Assembly (NCBI GenBank): GCA_038321545.1
Contig: JBBQFB010000001.1
Location: 5,239-69,238 of the forward strand
DNA: 64,000 bases
From: Gaiellales bacterium
GTDB taxonomy: Bacteria; Actinomycetota; Thermoleophilia; Gaiellales; F1-60-MAGs149
Direction of reading: 5' to 3'
Shown here: in pieces, positions 8,835 through 17,206 of the stretch
Layout: each line of letters begins with the position of its first letter
Position numbering within the stretch: the stretch's first letter is position 1
Translations under genes and position numbers: made by a program
Notes under the pieces: generated by a model
Database searches by the model: none
Told to the model about the DNA's origin: nothing
What the model saw: only the letters and a program-made list of their open reading frames with translations

Positions 8835-10172
8835 TCACCGCAGGACGGGCAGGTCGATCGTGAACCGCCCGCCCCGGACGCGAACGGTGCCGCCGTGCCG
8901 CTCGGCCGTGCTGCGCACGATCGCGAGGCCGAGGCCGGAACCGGGCCGGCCCGACGTCTCCGCGCCACGCCAGAACCGGTCGAAGGCCCGTTCGGCGGCG
9001 TCGCCGACGAGCCCTGACCCCTCGTCGGAGACGGTCACCAGAGCCCGGTCGTCACGCTCCTCGAGGGCGACGGTGACCACGCCTCCGGCCGGCCCGTGCA
9101 GGAGCGCGTTCTCGATCAGGTTCCGCACGGCGCGTTCGAGGGCCGCCTCGTCGCCGAGCACCCGGACGGGGTGCGGTGCCGTCACGACGACGGGTGCCGA
9201 TGCGCCCCGCCGGACGACCTCGTCGAGGCGGACGACGCCCGCCGGCGGCCCGGCACCCTCCTCCCGGGCCAGGGCGATCAGGTCGTCGAGGGTGCGCGAG
9301 AGCCGTTGCGCGTCGGCCTCCAGGTCGGCGATCGCCGCCGGGTCTGCGCCGTGCCGCGCGACGAACGCCGCGTTTCCGAGGAGCGCCGTGATCGGCGTCC
9401 GCAGCTCGTGGGCGGCGTCGGCCACGAACCGCCGCTCGCGCTCGCGAGCGGATTCCAGCGACGCGAGCATCCGATTCAGGGTGTCGGCCAGCCGGGCCAC
9501 CTCGTCGCCCGTTGCCGGGGCGGGCAGCCGCTCGTCGCCCGCGGCGCTCCGGCCGATCGCGTCGGCCGCGTCGGTGAGCCGGACGAGCGGCCGCATCGCC
9601 CGCCGCGTGAGCACCCACGCCGCGATGACGCCGGCCAGCACCCCCAGCAACGCCGCAACCAGCGTGACCCGGCGGATGTCCGACAGGTTCTCGTTCAGAT
9701 CCGACACGTCCGCCGCGACCACCACCGCACCCGCGTCACCCCCGCCGATCGGCGCGATCGGCGCGACCGCGATCCGCAGGTGGCGGTCGCCCGCACGCCG
9801 GCTCGCCAGCGTCGGGCGTCCCGTGGCCACGGCGCGTGCCACCAGGTCGCCGGCGGGCAGGACGCGTCCGCCGAGCGCCAGCGAGCGGTGCAGCAACCGG
9901 CCCTGTCCGTCCACCACCTCGACCAGCAGCGCGCGACCGGCGACCGCGCTGTCGAGGGCGCCCGGCGCGTCCAGCAGCGCCGGCGTCGTCGCCTGCAGCG
10001 CGACGATCTCGGTCGCACGGGCCCGCAGACCATCGTCGAGGGACTGGCGCAGCGCGTTGCCGACGACCACGAGCACGCCGCCTCCCAGCACCAGGGTCGC
10101 GATACCGATCGCCACCGCGGCGGCCGTCGCGACCCGCGCCCTGAGCGTGCGCGGCCCGCGACCGCTCATCGG
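8835..10172 (-). CDS. sensor histidine kinase (HAMP-HisKA-HATPase)
   Basis: Track ORF trimmed to Met39 (MSGRGPRTLRARV.., 7-nt overlap with regulator stop); H-box HELRTPIT, N-box NLIENALLHG, DEGSGL, GSGLGLAIV. Confidence 0.85.
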   Translation of the reverse strand, partial: PMSGRGPRTLRARVATAAAVAIGIATLVLGGGVLVVVGNALRQSLDDGLRARATEIVALQATTPALLDAPGALDSAVAGRALLVEVVDGQGRLLHRSLALGGRVLPAGDLVARAVATGRPTLASRRAGDRHLRIAVAPIAPIGGGDAGAVVVAADVSDLNENLSDIRRVTLVAALLGVLAGVIAAWVLTRRAMRPLVRLTDAADAIGRSAAGDERLPAPATGDEVARLADTLNRMLASLESARERERRFVADAAHELRTPITALLGNAAFVARHGADPAAIADLEADAQRLSRTLDDLIALAREEGAGPPAGVVRLDEVVRRGASAPVVVTAPHPVRVLGDEAALERAVRNLIENALLHGPAGGVVTVALEERDDRALVTVSDEGSGLVGDAAERAFDRFWRGAETSGRPGSGLGLAIVRSTAERHGGTVRVRGGRFTIDLPVLR

Positions 10173-10825
10173 TCGAGCATGAAGCCGACGCCGCGGACGG
10201 TGCGCAGGAGCGGTGGCGGGCCGAGCTTCCGCCGCAGGTAGCCGACGTACTGGTCGACGACGCTGGCGACGGCCGCCCCGCCCCACACCTCGGCCACCGC
10301 CTGCTCACGGGTCACGACCGCCCGCGGGTGCAGCAGCAGCAGTTCCAGCAGGTCGGCCTCCCGCCCGGTGAGCACGAGATCGCGTCCCGCGCGCGCCGCC
10401 GACCGCTGATCGACGTCCAGCACGAGGTCGTCGAACGCCAGCATGCGGGGCGGGACGCGGCCGCGCCGGAGCAGCGCGCGCAGGCGCGCGGCCAGCTCCT
10501 CCGGCGCCACGGGCTTTGCCACGTAGTCGTCGGCACCGGCGTCGAGGCCGGCCACTCGCTCGGCCACGCCGTCGCGCGCCGTCAGCAGGAGAACGGGCAC
10601 GTCGAGGCCGGCGGCGCGCAGGCGGCGGCAGACGGCGAGCCCGTCGAGGCCGGGCATCATCACGTCCAGCACGACGGCGTCGGGCATCCGCCGCTCGATC
10701 GCCGCGAGGGCCGATCCGCCATCGCCGACGGTGTCGACCGAGAACCCCTCCGCGCCGAGCGTGCGCGCCAGCATCCTGCAGATCGAGGGGTCGTCGTCGA
10801 CGACGAGCACGGCGGGCTCCGACAC
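10166..10825 (-). CDS. OmpR/PhoB-family response regulator
   Basis: Track ORF trimmed to GTG at 10825 (VSEPAVLVVDDDPS..); DVMMPGLDG, winged-helix C-terminus (..YVGYLRRKLG..). Confidence 0.85.
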   Translation of the reverse strand: MSEPAVLVVDDDPSICRMLARTLGAEGFSVDTVGDGGSALAAIERRMPDAVVLDVMMPGLDGLAVCRRLRAAGLDVPVLLLTARDGVAERVAGLDAGADDYVAKPVAPEELAARLRALLRRGRVPPRMLAFDDLVLDVDQRSAARAGRDLVLTGREADLLELLLLHPRAVVTREQAVAEVWGGAAVASVVDQYVGYLRRKLGPPPLLRTVRGVGFMLDR

Positions 10826-10895
10826 CCCGCTGACTATATCCGCGGGCAGGTTGGCCGCCGCTGGCCCGGCCCCGCCCCGTTGATACCCTCCGTCC

Positions 10896-12458
10896 ATGGC
10901 GACGAAGGTCACATACATCTCCACGTCACTGCCGAGCGACGAGCAGAACGCGGCGTTCGATGCCGCGGTGGCCGACGTCCGCGCGCAGGTCGGCGCGCAC
11001 GAACTGATCATCGGCGGCACGACCCGCGCCGGAGGGGCAGGCTCCTTCGAGGTCAAGAATCCTGCGAACCACGAGGAGTCGCTCGGCACCTTCGCCGAGG
11101 CGTCGGCCGGCGACGTCGCCGACGCCGTGGCCGCGGCCCGGGCGGCCGCGCACGACTGGAGCTCGACGCCGTACGCCGAGCGCGCGCGGATCCTCCAGCA
11201 CGCCGCCGATCTGATCCGCGAGCGCGTGATGTTCCTCGGCGCCGTGGTGGCGCTCGAGGTCGGCAAGAACCGGGTCGAGTCGGTCGGCGAGGTCGAGGAG
11301 GGCGCCGACCTGATCTCCTACTACTGCGACCGCCTCGTCGAGCACCACGAGTTCCGCACCGACCAGGAATCGCAGACCGGCGAGGACCGGAACACGTCGG
11401 TGCTGCGACCGTACGGCGTGTTCGGCGTGATCTCGCCGTTCAACTTCCCGTCGGCGCTCGCGGCCGGTCCCATCGGCGCCGCGCTCGTGGCGGGCAACAC
11501 GGTGGTGTTCAAGCCCGCCGAGACGACGCCGTGGTCGGGCGTCCTGCTGGCCGAGATCCTGCACGAGGCCGGCGTTCCCGGCGCCGCGTTGAACCTCGTC
11601 ACGGGCGGTCCCACGGCCGGCAAGGCGCTGGTCGCTGCGCGCGGCGTCGACGGCATCGCCTTCACCGGCTCCTACGACGTGGGCCGCGAGATCTACCGGA
11701 CGTTCGCGATCGGCGAGCACTACTCGCGGCCGTGCATCACCGAGATGGGCGGCAAGAACCCGGCCATCGTGACGGCCACGGCCGACCTCGAGAAGGCAGC
11801 CAACGGCATCCTCCGCTCGGCCTTCGGGGCCAGCGGCCAGAAGTGCTCGGCCTGCTCGCGCGTGCTGGTCGACGAGCGCGTGCACGACGCGCTGATCGAG
11901 CGGCTGGCGGAGGGCGCGAAGTCGTGGACGGTTGCCGACTCGGTCGCCGCGGACTGCCGGCTCGGCCCGGTGAACAACGCCGAGGCCTACGAGAAGTACC
12001 GGCGCGCGTCGGCCGACGCGCGCCGCGACGGTCGCGTCGTGGCCGGTGCCGAGGTGCTCACCGACGGGGCGTTCGCCCGCGGGTACTTCGTGGCGCCGAC
12101 CATCGTCGCCGACCTGCCGGCCGGGCACCGGCTCACCACCGATGAGCTGTTCGTGCCGTTCGTCGTCGTCGAGCGGGCGGCCGACCTGGACGCTGCGATC
12201 ACGGCGGCGAACGCACAGTCGCTCGGGCTCACGGCCGGCCTGTTCAGCGAGGACGAGGACGAGAAGCAGCAGTTCCTCGACCGCATCGAGGCCGGCGTCG
12301 TGTACGTCAACCGCGCGGCCGGAGCGACCACCGGCGCCTGGCCCGGCTACCAGACCTTCGGCGGCTGGAAGGGTTCCGGCTCCACCGGCAAATCGGCCTT
12401 CGGGCCGCACTACGTCCAGCTGTTCATGCGCGAGCAGTCGCGCACCATTCTCCCCTGA
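10896..12458 (+). CDS. aldehyde dehydrogenase, most like L-glutamate gamma-semialdehyde (1-pyrroline-5-carboxylate) dehydrogenase
   Basis: 520 aa; FTGS, EMGGKNP, catalytic GQKCSACSR; length typical of RocA/PruA-type enzymes. Confidence 0.8.
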   Translation: MATKVTYISTSLPSDEQNAAFDAAVADVRAQVGAHELIIGGTTRAGGAGSFEVKNPANHEESLGTFAEASAGDVADAVAAARAAAHDWSSTPYAERARILQHAADLIRERVMFLGAVVALEVGKNRVESVGEVEEGADLISYYCDRLVEHHEFRTDQESQTGEDRNTSVLRPYGVFGVISPFNFPSALAAGPIGAALVAGNTVVFKPAETTPWSGVLLAEILHEAGVPGAALNLVTGGPTAGKALVAARGVDGIAFTGSYDVGREIYRTFAIGEHYSRPCITEMGGKNPAIVTATADLEKAANGILRSAFGASGQKCSACSRVLVDERVHDALIERLAEGAKSWTVADSVAADCRLGPVNNAEAYEKYRRASADARRDGRVVAGAEVLTDGAFARGYFVAPTIVADLPAGHRLTTDELFVPFVVVERAADLDAAITAANAQSLGLTAGLFSEDEDEKQQFLDRIEAGVVYVNRAAGATTGAWPGYQTFGGWKGSGSTGKSAFGPHYVQLFMREQSRTILP

Positions 12459-12464
12459 GGTGAC

Positions 12465-12734
12465 GTGATGGAAGGCAACTTCGGCTTCGGCTTCGACCCA
12501 GAGATGCTGCAGCGCGCGCTCGGCGACATGGCCGATCAGGCGCGGCAGTCCCAGCAGGTGGCGTTCGCCGACGCGGCGATCAGCCTGGCCGTGCAGATGA
12601 CGGTGGCGGCGGTCGGGCAGATCGCGCCGTCCGGCACGCCGGAGGAGCAGGCGGAGCAGCTGCGCGCCGCGATCACGCGCATCTACCCCGAGTGCGTGGC
12701 CCTGGTGCGTGAGGCCCGGCAGGGCCTGCAGTGA
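12465..12734 (+). CDS. small hypothetical protein
   Basis: 89 aa, GC-rich third positions, 4-nt GTGA overlap with the downstream VOC gene. Confidence 0.55.
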   Translation: MMEGNFGFGFDPEMLQRALGDMADQARQSQQVAFADAAISLAVQMTVAAVGQIAPSGTPEEQAEQLRAAITRIYPECVALVREARQGLQ

Positions 12735-13108
12735 GGTTCGACCACGCCGTGTTGCTCGCCGCCGATGCGGCGCGCACCGCGGAGTGGTACCAGCGGGTGC
12801 TGGGCGCCCGCATCGAGGAGCTCGCCTACGGCAGGATCGCCGTCGTGCTCGGCGACGCGCGGCTGCACGTGCAGTTTCCGACGTCGACGCCGAACCCGCG
12901 TCCCGCCGCGCCCGCCGGCCCGGGCGCGAGCGACTTCTGCCTCGTCTGGGACGGCACCGCCGCCGCGGCCGTGGCGCACCTCGAGTCGCACGGCATCGAG
13001 ATCGTGGCCGGGCCGGTCGACCGGCAGGGCAGCTCCGGCACCGGGTCGTCCGTCTACTGCCACGACCCGGACGGCAACCTCGTCGAGCTGATGTCCTACG
13101 CGGGCTGA
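12731..13108 (+). CDS. VOC (glyoxalase/bleomycin-resistance/dioxygenase) family protein
   Basis: 125 aa; FDHAVLL.. start, ..VYCHDPDGNLVELMSY end, typical VOC pattern. Confidence 0.75.
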   Translation: MRFDHAVLLAADAARTAEWYQRVLGARIEELAYGRIAVVLGDARLHVQFPTSTPNPRPAAPAGPGASDFCLVWDGTAAAAVAHLESHGIEIVAGPVDRQGSSGTGSSVYCHDPDGNLVELMSYAG

Positions 13109-13115
13109 GGCGCGC

Positions 13116-13141
13116 CCCGCCACGGGCGGGTTCGGTTTGTG
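13116..13141 (+). terminator. candidate intrinsic terminator after the VOC gene
   Basis: CCCGCC-acg-GGCGGG stem (13116-13130) followed by ttcggtttgtg; stem short, loop only 3 nt. Confidence 0.35.
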
Positions 13142-13204
13142 ACTTGACCCTCATCCGCCATCGGGACCCGCCGTAAAAGGCTCCGATCACGTACCTTTCG
13201 TCTC

Positions 13205-13975
13205 ATGGCCCGCCGCCCCGTCATCGGTATCACGCTGGAGTTCGACGACAACCTGATCCAGGAGGTCGAGAAGGGCATCCGCACACCTCTCCAGGAGGAG
13301 GGCGCGCTCGTCATCTCGCTGCCGCGCGACACGCCCATCCACGAGCTGGATGCGGTGCTCGCGATGATCGACGGCGTCGTCCTCTCCGGCGGTGCCGACG
13401 TCGACCCGTCGTGGTACGGCCACGAGCCGTACGAGCTGACCGTCGCGGTGCCCCCCATCCACGATGCCTTCGAGGTCACCCTCGCCCGCCGCGCGCTCGA
13501 GGCCGGCATGCCCGTGCTCGGCCTGTGCCGGGGCGCGCAGGTGCTGGCCGTGGCCGACGGCGGCACGCTCACGCAGGACGTTCCCGCGCTCCACGAGGGC
13601 GCGAACCGCCACGCGTGGCCGTGGTACGAGATCGCGATGTCGCCGGCCGGCGAGCACTGGCACGAGATCCGGTACGAGCCCGACTCGCGGGTCGCGACGT
13701 GGATCGGCGACGGCCCGGCGAACGTCAACTCGTTCCACCACCAGTGCGTGCGGACGGTCGGGTCGCGTCTGCGCCCTGTGGCCTGGTCGCTGGACGGCGT
13801 GATCGAGGCCACCGAGCGCTCCGACGGCGGCGGCTTCGCAATCGGCCTGCAGTGGCACAACGAGATGATGTGGCGCCACGACGAGCGGTTCCTGGCGCCG
13901 CACCGCGAGTTCACGCAGGCGGCCTGGGACTACGCCGCCGCGCGCGAGCGCGCAGCCGTTCCCTGCAGCGACTAG
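13205..13975 (+). CDS. class I glutamine amidotransferase-like, gamma-glutamyl-GABA hydrolase (PuuD/peptidase C26) family
   Basis: 256 aa; nucleophile elbow GLCRGAQVL, FHHQ. Confidence 0.8.
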   Translation: MARRPVIGITLEFDDNLIQEVEKGIRTPLQEEGALVISLPRDTPIHELDAVLAMIDGVVLSGGADVDPSWYGHEPYELTVAVPPIHDAFEVTLARRALEAGMPVLGLCRGAQVLAVADGGTLTQDVPALHEGANRHAWPWYEIAMSPAGEHWHEIRYEPDSRVATWIGDGPANVNSFHHQCVRTVGSRLRPVAWSLDGVIEATERSDGGGFAIGLQWHNEMMWRHDERFLAPHREFTQAAWDYAAARERAAVPCSD

Positions 13976-13982
13976 GCTGTCG

Positions 13983-14723
13983 CTAGCTCGCGCGCGTGAC
14001 GGCCGAGCCGCCGACGATCGCGTCGCGGCCGTCGGCGAACCGGACGCGCGCCTTGTGCGTGCCGTCGTAGTCGGGGCCGAACAGGACCAGCGTGGCGGGC
14101 TCGCCGCGCACGGTGCACGGCTCGGTGCCCTCGGGGTCGACGCCGCGCCAGATGCGGATGAACGGGTTCGACTCCCACTCCTCGGCAACCGTGGTCGACT
14201 CGACGTGGCCGGGGTGCAGGCGGGTCTCGGGCGGGAGGGCCATCAGGACCTCCATGATCGAGTGCACCTGGTCGGCGTAGCCGGTCTCGCCGCCGCCCAT
14301 CGTGCCGCCGACCGTCCCCTTGAACAGGCAGTCCGCCGTCAGGCAGTCGGTACCGTCGACCAGCAGCGCCAGGTGGTCGCGGCAGTGCCCGGGCGTCGCG
14401 AGCGGGCGGATCTCGAGGTCGCCGGATCGCACGACGTCGCCGTCGGCGATCGTGCCCGTGACGCCCTCCACCGACGACGCCAGCTGATGGGCCAGCACCG
14501 GCACGCCGAACCGGCGGCCGAGCTCGCCGACCCGCACGACGTGGTCGGGATGAGCGTGCGTGACGAGCACGTGGGTGATCGTGATCCCCCGCCGGGCGAT
14601 CTCGTCCAGCAGTGGCTCCTCGACGCCGTTCGAGTCGACCAGCACGCCGTGCCCGCCGTCGCGGTCGGCCACCAGGTATGCGTTCGAGAGCCAGGAGGGA
14701 TGCTCGGCGCGGGAGATGATCAC
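13983..14723 (-). CDS. MBL-fold metallo-hydrolase
   Basis: 246 aa; VLVTHAHPDHV motif; directly downstream of the class III ADH gene. Confidence 0.8.
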   Translation of the reverse strand: MIISRAEHPSWLSNAYLVADRDGGHGVLVDSNGVEEPLLDEIARRGITITHVLVTHAHPDHVVRVGELGRRFGVPVLAHQLASSVEGVTGTIADGDVVRSGDLEIRPLATPGHCRDHLALLVDGTDCLTADCLFKGTVGGTMGGGETGYADQVHSIMEVLMALPPETRLHPGHVESTTVAEEWESNPFIRIWRGVDPEGTEPCTVRGEPATLVLFGPDYDGTHKARVRFADGRDAIVGGSAVTRAS

Positions 14724-14733
14724 AAGAACCTCG

Positions 14734-15840
14734 TCAGTCGAAGTGGATGATCGAGCGGATGCCGTCCTGCGCTTCCATCAGCTCGAAGCCGCGGTTGACC
14801 TCGTCGAGCGTCAGCTGGTGCGAGAGCAGCGCCTCGACGTCGACGTCGCCCGCCATCCAGCGATCGACCAGCAGCGGCACCTGCGTCCGGCCCTTGACGC
14901 CGCCGAACGACGACCCGGTGACACGCCGGCCGGTGATCAGGAAGCGCGGCACGATGTCGACCGTCTCCCCCTTGCCGGCGACGCCGATCATGGTCGCGAG
15001 GCCCCACGCCTCGCGCGCCGACTCGACTGCCTGGCGCATGACGTCGACGTTGCCCGTCGCCTCGAAGGTGTAGTCGGCGCCGTAGCCGCCGGTCATCTCC
15101 TTGATCGTGTCGACGACCTCGGGGCCCGCCACGAGCGTGTCGGTCGCGCCGTGGTGACGCGCCATCTGCAGCCGGTCCTCCGACAGGTCGATCGCGACGA
15201 TGCGCTCGGCGCCCTGCAGGCGGGCACCGGCCACGGCACCGAGGCCGACCAGGCCGCAGCCGAACACCGCGACGGTCGCGCCGCGTTCCACCTGCGCCGT
15301 GAACATCGCGGCGCCGAGGCCGGTCGACAGACCGCACGCGAAGATGCAGGCCCCGTCCAGCGGCGCCTCGGGGTTGACCTTTGCGAGCGCGATCTCCGGC
15401 ATCACGGTGTACTCCGCGAAGGTGGAGGTGCCCATGAAGTGGCGGATCGGCTCGCCGCCGCGCGCCAGACGCGGCGTTCCGTCGGGCAGGTAGCCGAGGC
15501 CCTGCTGCTCGCGGATCGCGATGCACCGGTTGGTGCGCGGACTGCGGCAGTGGATGCACTTCCCGCACTCCGGCGCGAACAGCGTCACGACATGGTCACC
15601 GGGCCGCACGAGCGTGACGCCGTCGCCGACCTTCTCGACGACGCCCGCGCCCTCGTGTCCGAGGACGCACGGCGCGTAGCCCGTCGGGTCGGCACCCGAC
15701 GCGGTGTACAGATCGGTGTGACACACGCCGCACGCGACGAGACGGACGAGCACCTCGCCGGCCTTCGGATCCTGGAGGTCGAGCTGCTGGACGACGAGGG
15801 GCTGGCCGAATTCCTCCAGCACGGCGGCTCGGATCTGCAT
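14734..15840 (-). CDS. zinc-dependent class III alcohol dehydrogenase (S-(hydroxymethyl)thiol / formaldehyde dehydrogenase type)
   Basis: 368 aa; CGVCHTD, GHEGAGVV, GCGLVGLG. Confidence 0.88.
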   Translation of the reverse strand: MQIRAAVLEEFGQPLVVQQLDLQDPKAGEVLVRLVACGVCHTDLYTASGADPTGYAPCVLGHEGAGVVEKVGDGVTLVRPGDHVVTLFAPECGKCIHCRSPRTNRCIAIREQQGLGYLPDGTPRLARGGEPIRHFMGTSTFAEYTVMPEIALAKVNPEAPLDGACIFACGLSTGLGAAMFTAQVERGATVAVFGCGLVGLGAVAGARLQGAERIVAIDLSEDRLQMARHHGATDTLVAGPEVVDTIKEMTGGYGADYTFEATGNVDVMRQAVESAREAWGLATMIGVAGKGETVDIVPRFLITGRRVTGSSFGGVKGRTQVPLLVDRWMAGDVDVEALLSHQLTLDEVNRGFELMEAQDGIRSIIHFD

Positions 15841-15856
15841 ATCGGGATGGTACGGG

Positions 15857-15884
15857 TTGCAAGGGTTCTAGGTGTGCCTAAACT
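15857..15884 (+). promoter_or_regulatory. candidate mntH promoter (TTGCAA-N16-TAAACT) with embedded near-palindrome GTTCTAGG-TGTG-CCTAAAC (DtxR-family-like operator)
   Basis: -35 at 15857-15862, -10 at 15879-15884, palindrome 15865-15883; TAGGTGTGCCTAA resembles TAGGTTAGCCTAA of the DtxR consensus. Confidence 0.35.
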
Positions 15885-15892
15885 GCGAGGAG

Positions 15893-17206
15893 ATGGCAAT
15901 CAAGGAGCCGCGTCGTTCTCCTGCCGTCTCGAGCGCGCTGCCGGGCGAGGCGCGAGTGCTGGAGGCGGCTCAGCGATCGCTCACGGGAGAGCGTCGCGGG
16001 CTGCGAGGGATCTGGCCGTTCCTCGGCCCGGCCTTCATCGCCGCCGTCGCCTACGTCGATCCCGGTAACTTCGCCACGAACATGGCGGGCGGCGCGAAGT
16101 ACGGCTACCTGCTGCTGTGGGTGATCCTGGCCGCGAACGTCATGGCGATGATCATCCAGTCGATGAGCGCCAAGCTCGGAATCGCGACCGGGCGCAACCT
16201 GCCCGAGGTGTGCCGGGAGCGGTTCTCGCGGCGCACGTCGTTCGCGCTCTGGGTGCAGGCCGAGGCGATCGCGATGGCGACCGACCTGGCGGAGTTCATC
16301 GGCGCGGCGCTCGGCTTCCACCTGCTGTTCGGTACGCCGCTGTTCCTCGCCGGCCTCGTGACCGGCGTGATCGCGTTCGCCATCCTCGGCCTGCAGGCCC
16401 GCGGTTTCCGACCGCTCGAGGCCGTCATCGCCGGCCTCGTCGGCGTGATCGTGATCGGCTTCGCGTTCCAGGTGTTCCTCGCCGAGCCGTCGCCGTCCGG
16501 CATCGCGAAGGGGCTGTTCACGCCCAAGTTCGCCGGCTCGGAGAGCGTGCTGCTGGCAGCGGGCATCCTCGGCGCGACGGTGATGCCGCACGTGATCTAC
16601 CTCCACTCGGCACTCACGCAGCGCCGCGTAGTGGGCGCCAACGACGCCGAGAAGCTGCGCATCTACCGGTTCGAGCGCATCGACGTGATCATCGCGATGG
16701 GCATCGCCGGCATCGTGAACATGAGCATGCTGACGATCGCGGCCGCTGTCTTCCACTCCCGCGGGCTGACCGAGCTGGGCGATCTCGAGGACGTGTTCGC
16801 CGGCCTCGGCACCTACCTCGGCGACCACTCCGACACCGCCTTCGGCATCGCGCTGCTGGCCAGCGGCCTGTCATCGTCGTCGGTCGGCACGCTCGCCGGA
16901 CAGGTCGTGATGCAGGGGTTCATCAAGCGCCAGATCCCGCTGTTCCTGCGGCGGTCGCTGACGATGGCACCGGCGCTGGTCCTGCTGGCGATCGGCGTCA
17001 ACGCGTCCGACGCGCTGATCCTGTCGCAGGTCGTACTGTCGTTCGGCATCCCGTTCGCGCTGATCCCGCTCGTGATGTTCTGTCGTGACCGCGAGCTGAT
17101 GGGCGCGCTCGTCAACCACCGCGCGACAACCTCCGCGGCCATCGTGTCCGCGTCGGTGATCATCGCGCTGAACATCTTCCTGCTGTACCAGACCTTCGTC
17201 GGCTGA
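15893..17206 (+). CDS. mntH: Nramp-family divalent metal (Mn2+/Fe2+) transporter
   Basis: DPGNFATN, MPHVIYLHS, about 11 TM segments; ATG 15893 preferred over track GTG 15872. Confidence 0.88.
   Translation: MAIKEPRRSPAVSSALPGEARVLEAAQRSLTGERRGLRGIWPFLGPAFIAAVAYVDPGNFATNMAGGAKYGYLLLWVILAANVMAMIIQSMSAKLGIATGRNLPEVCRERFSRRTSFALWVQAEAIAMATDLAEFIGAALGFHLLFGTPLFLAGLVTGVIAFAILGLQARGFRPLEAVIAGLVGVIVIGFAFQVFLAEPSPSGIAKGLFTPKFAGSESVLLAAGILGATVMPHVIYLHSALTQRRVVGANDAEKLRIYRFERIDVIIAMGIAGIVNMSMLTIAAAVFHSRGLTELGDLEDVFAGLGTYLGDHSDTAFGIALLASGLSSSSVGTLAGQVVMQGFIKRQIPLFLRRSLTMAPALVLLAIGVNASDALILSQVVLSFGIPFALIPLVMFCRDRELMGALVNHRATTSAAIVSASVIIALNIFLLYQTFVG

Noticed and set aside
10826-10897. Longer response-regulator start at Met (10897)
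   Set aside because: It would overlap the divergent ALDH start codon (10896) and leave no promoter space. The receiver domain begins right after GTG 10825.
10926-13190. 754-aa minus-strand ORF spanning the ALDH, small ORF and VOC genes
   Set aside because: It is Arg/Ala/Pro/Gly-rich low-complexity sequence. It is fully antisense to three well-supported plus-strand genes.
15872-15892. GTG 15872 as the mntH start (track ORF start)
   Set aside because: It lies inside the putative operator and -10 region, only 10 nt after the -35 element. ATG 15893 fits a leaderless transcript. This remains uncertain.
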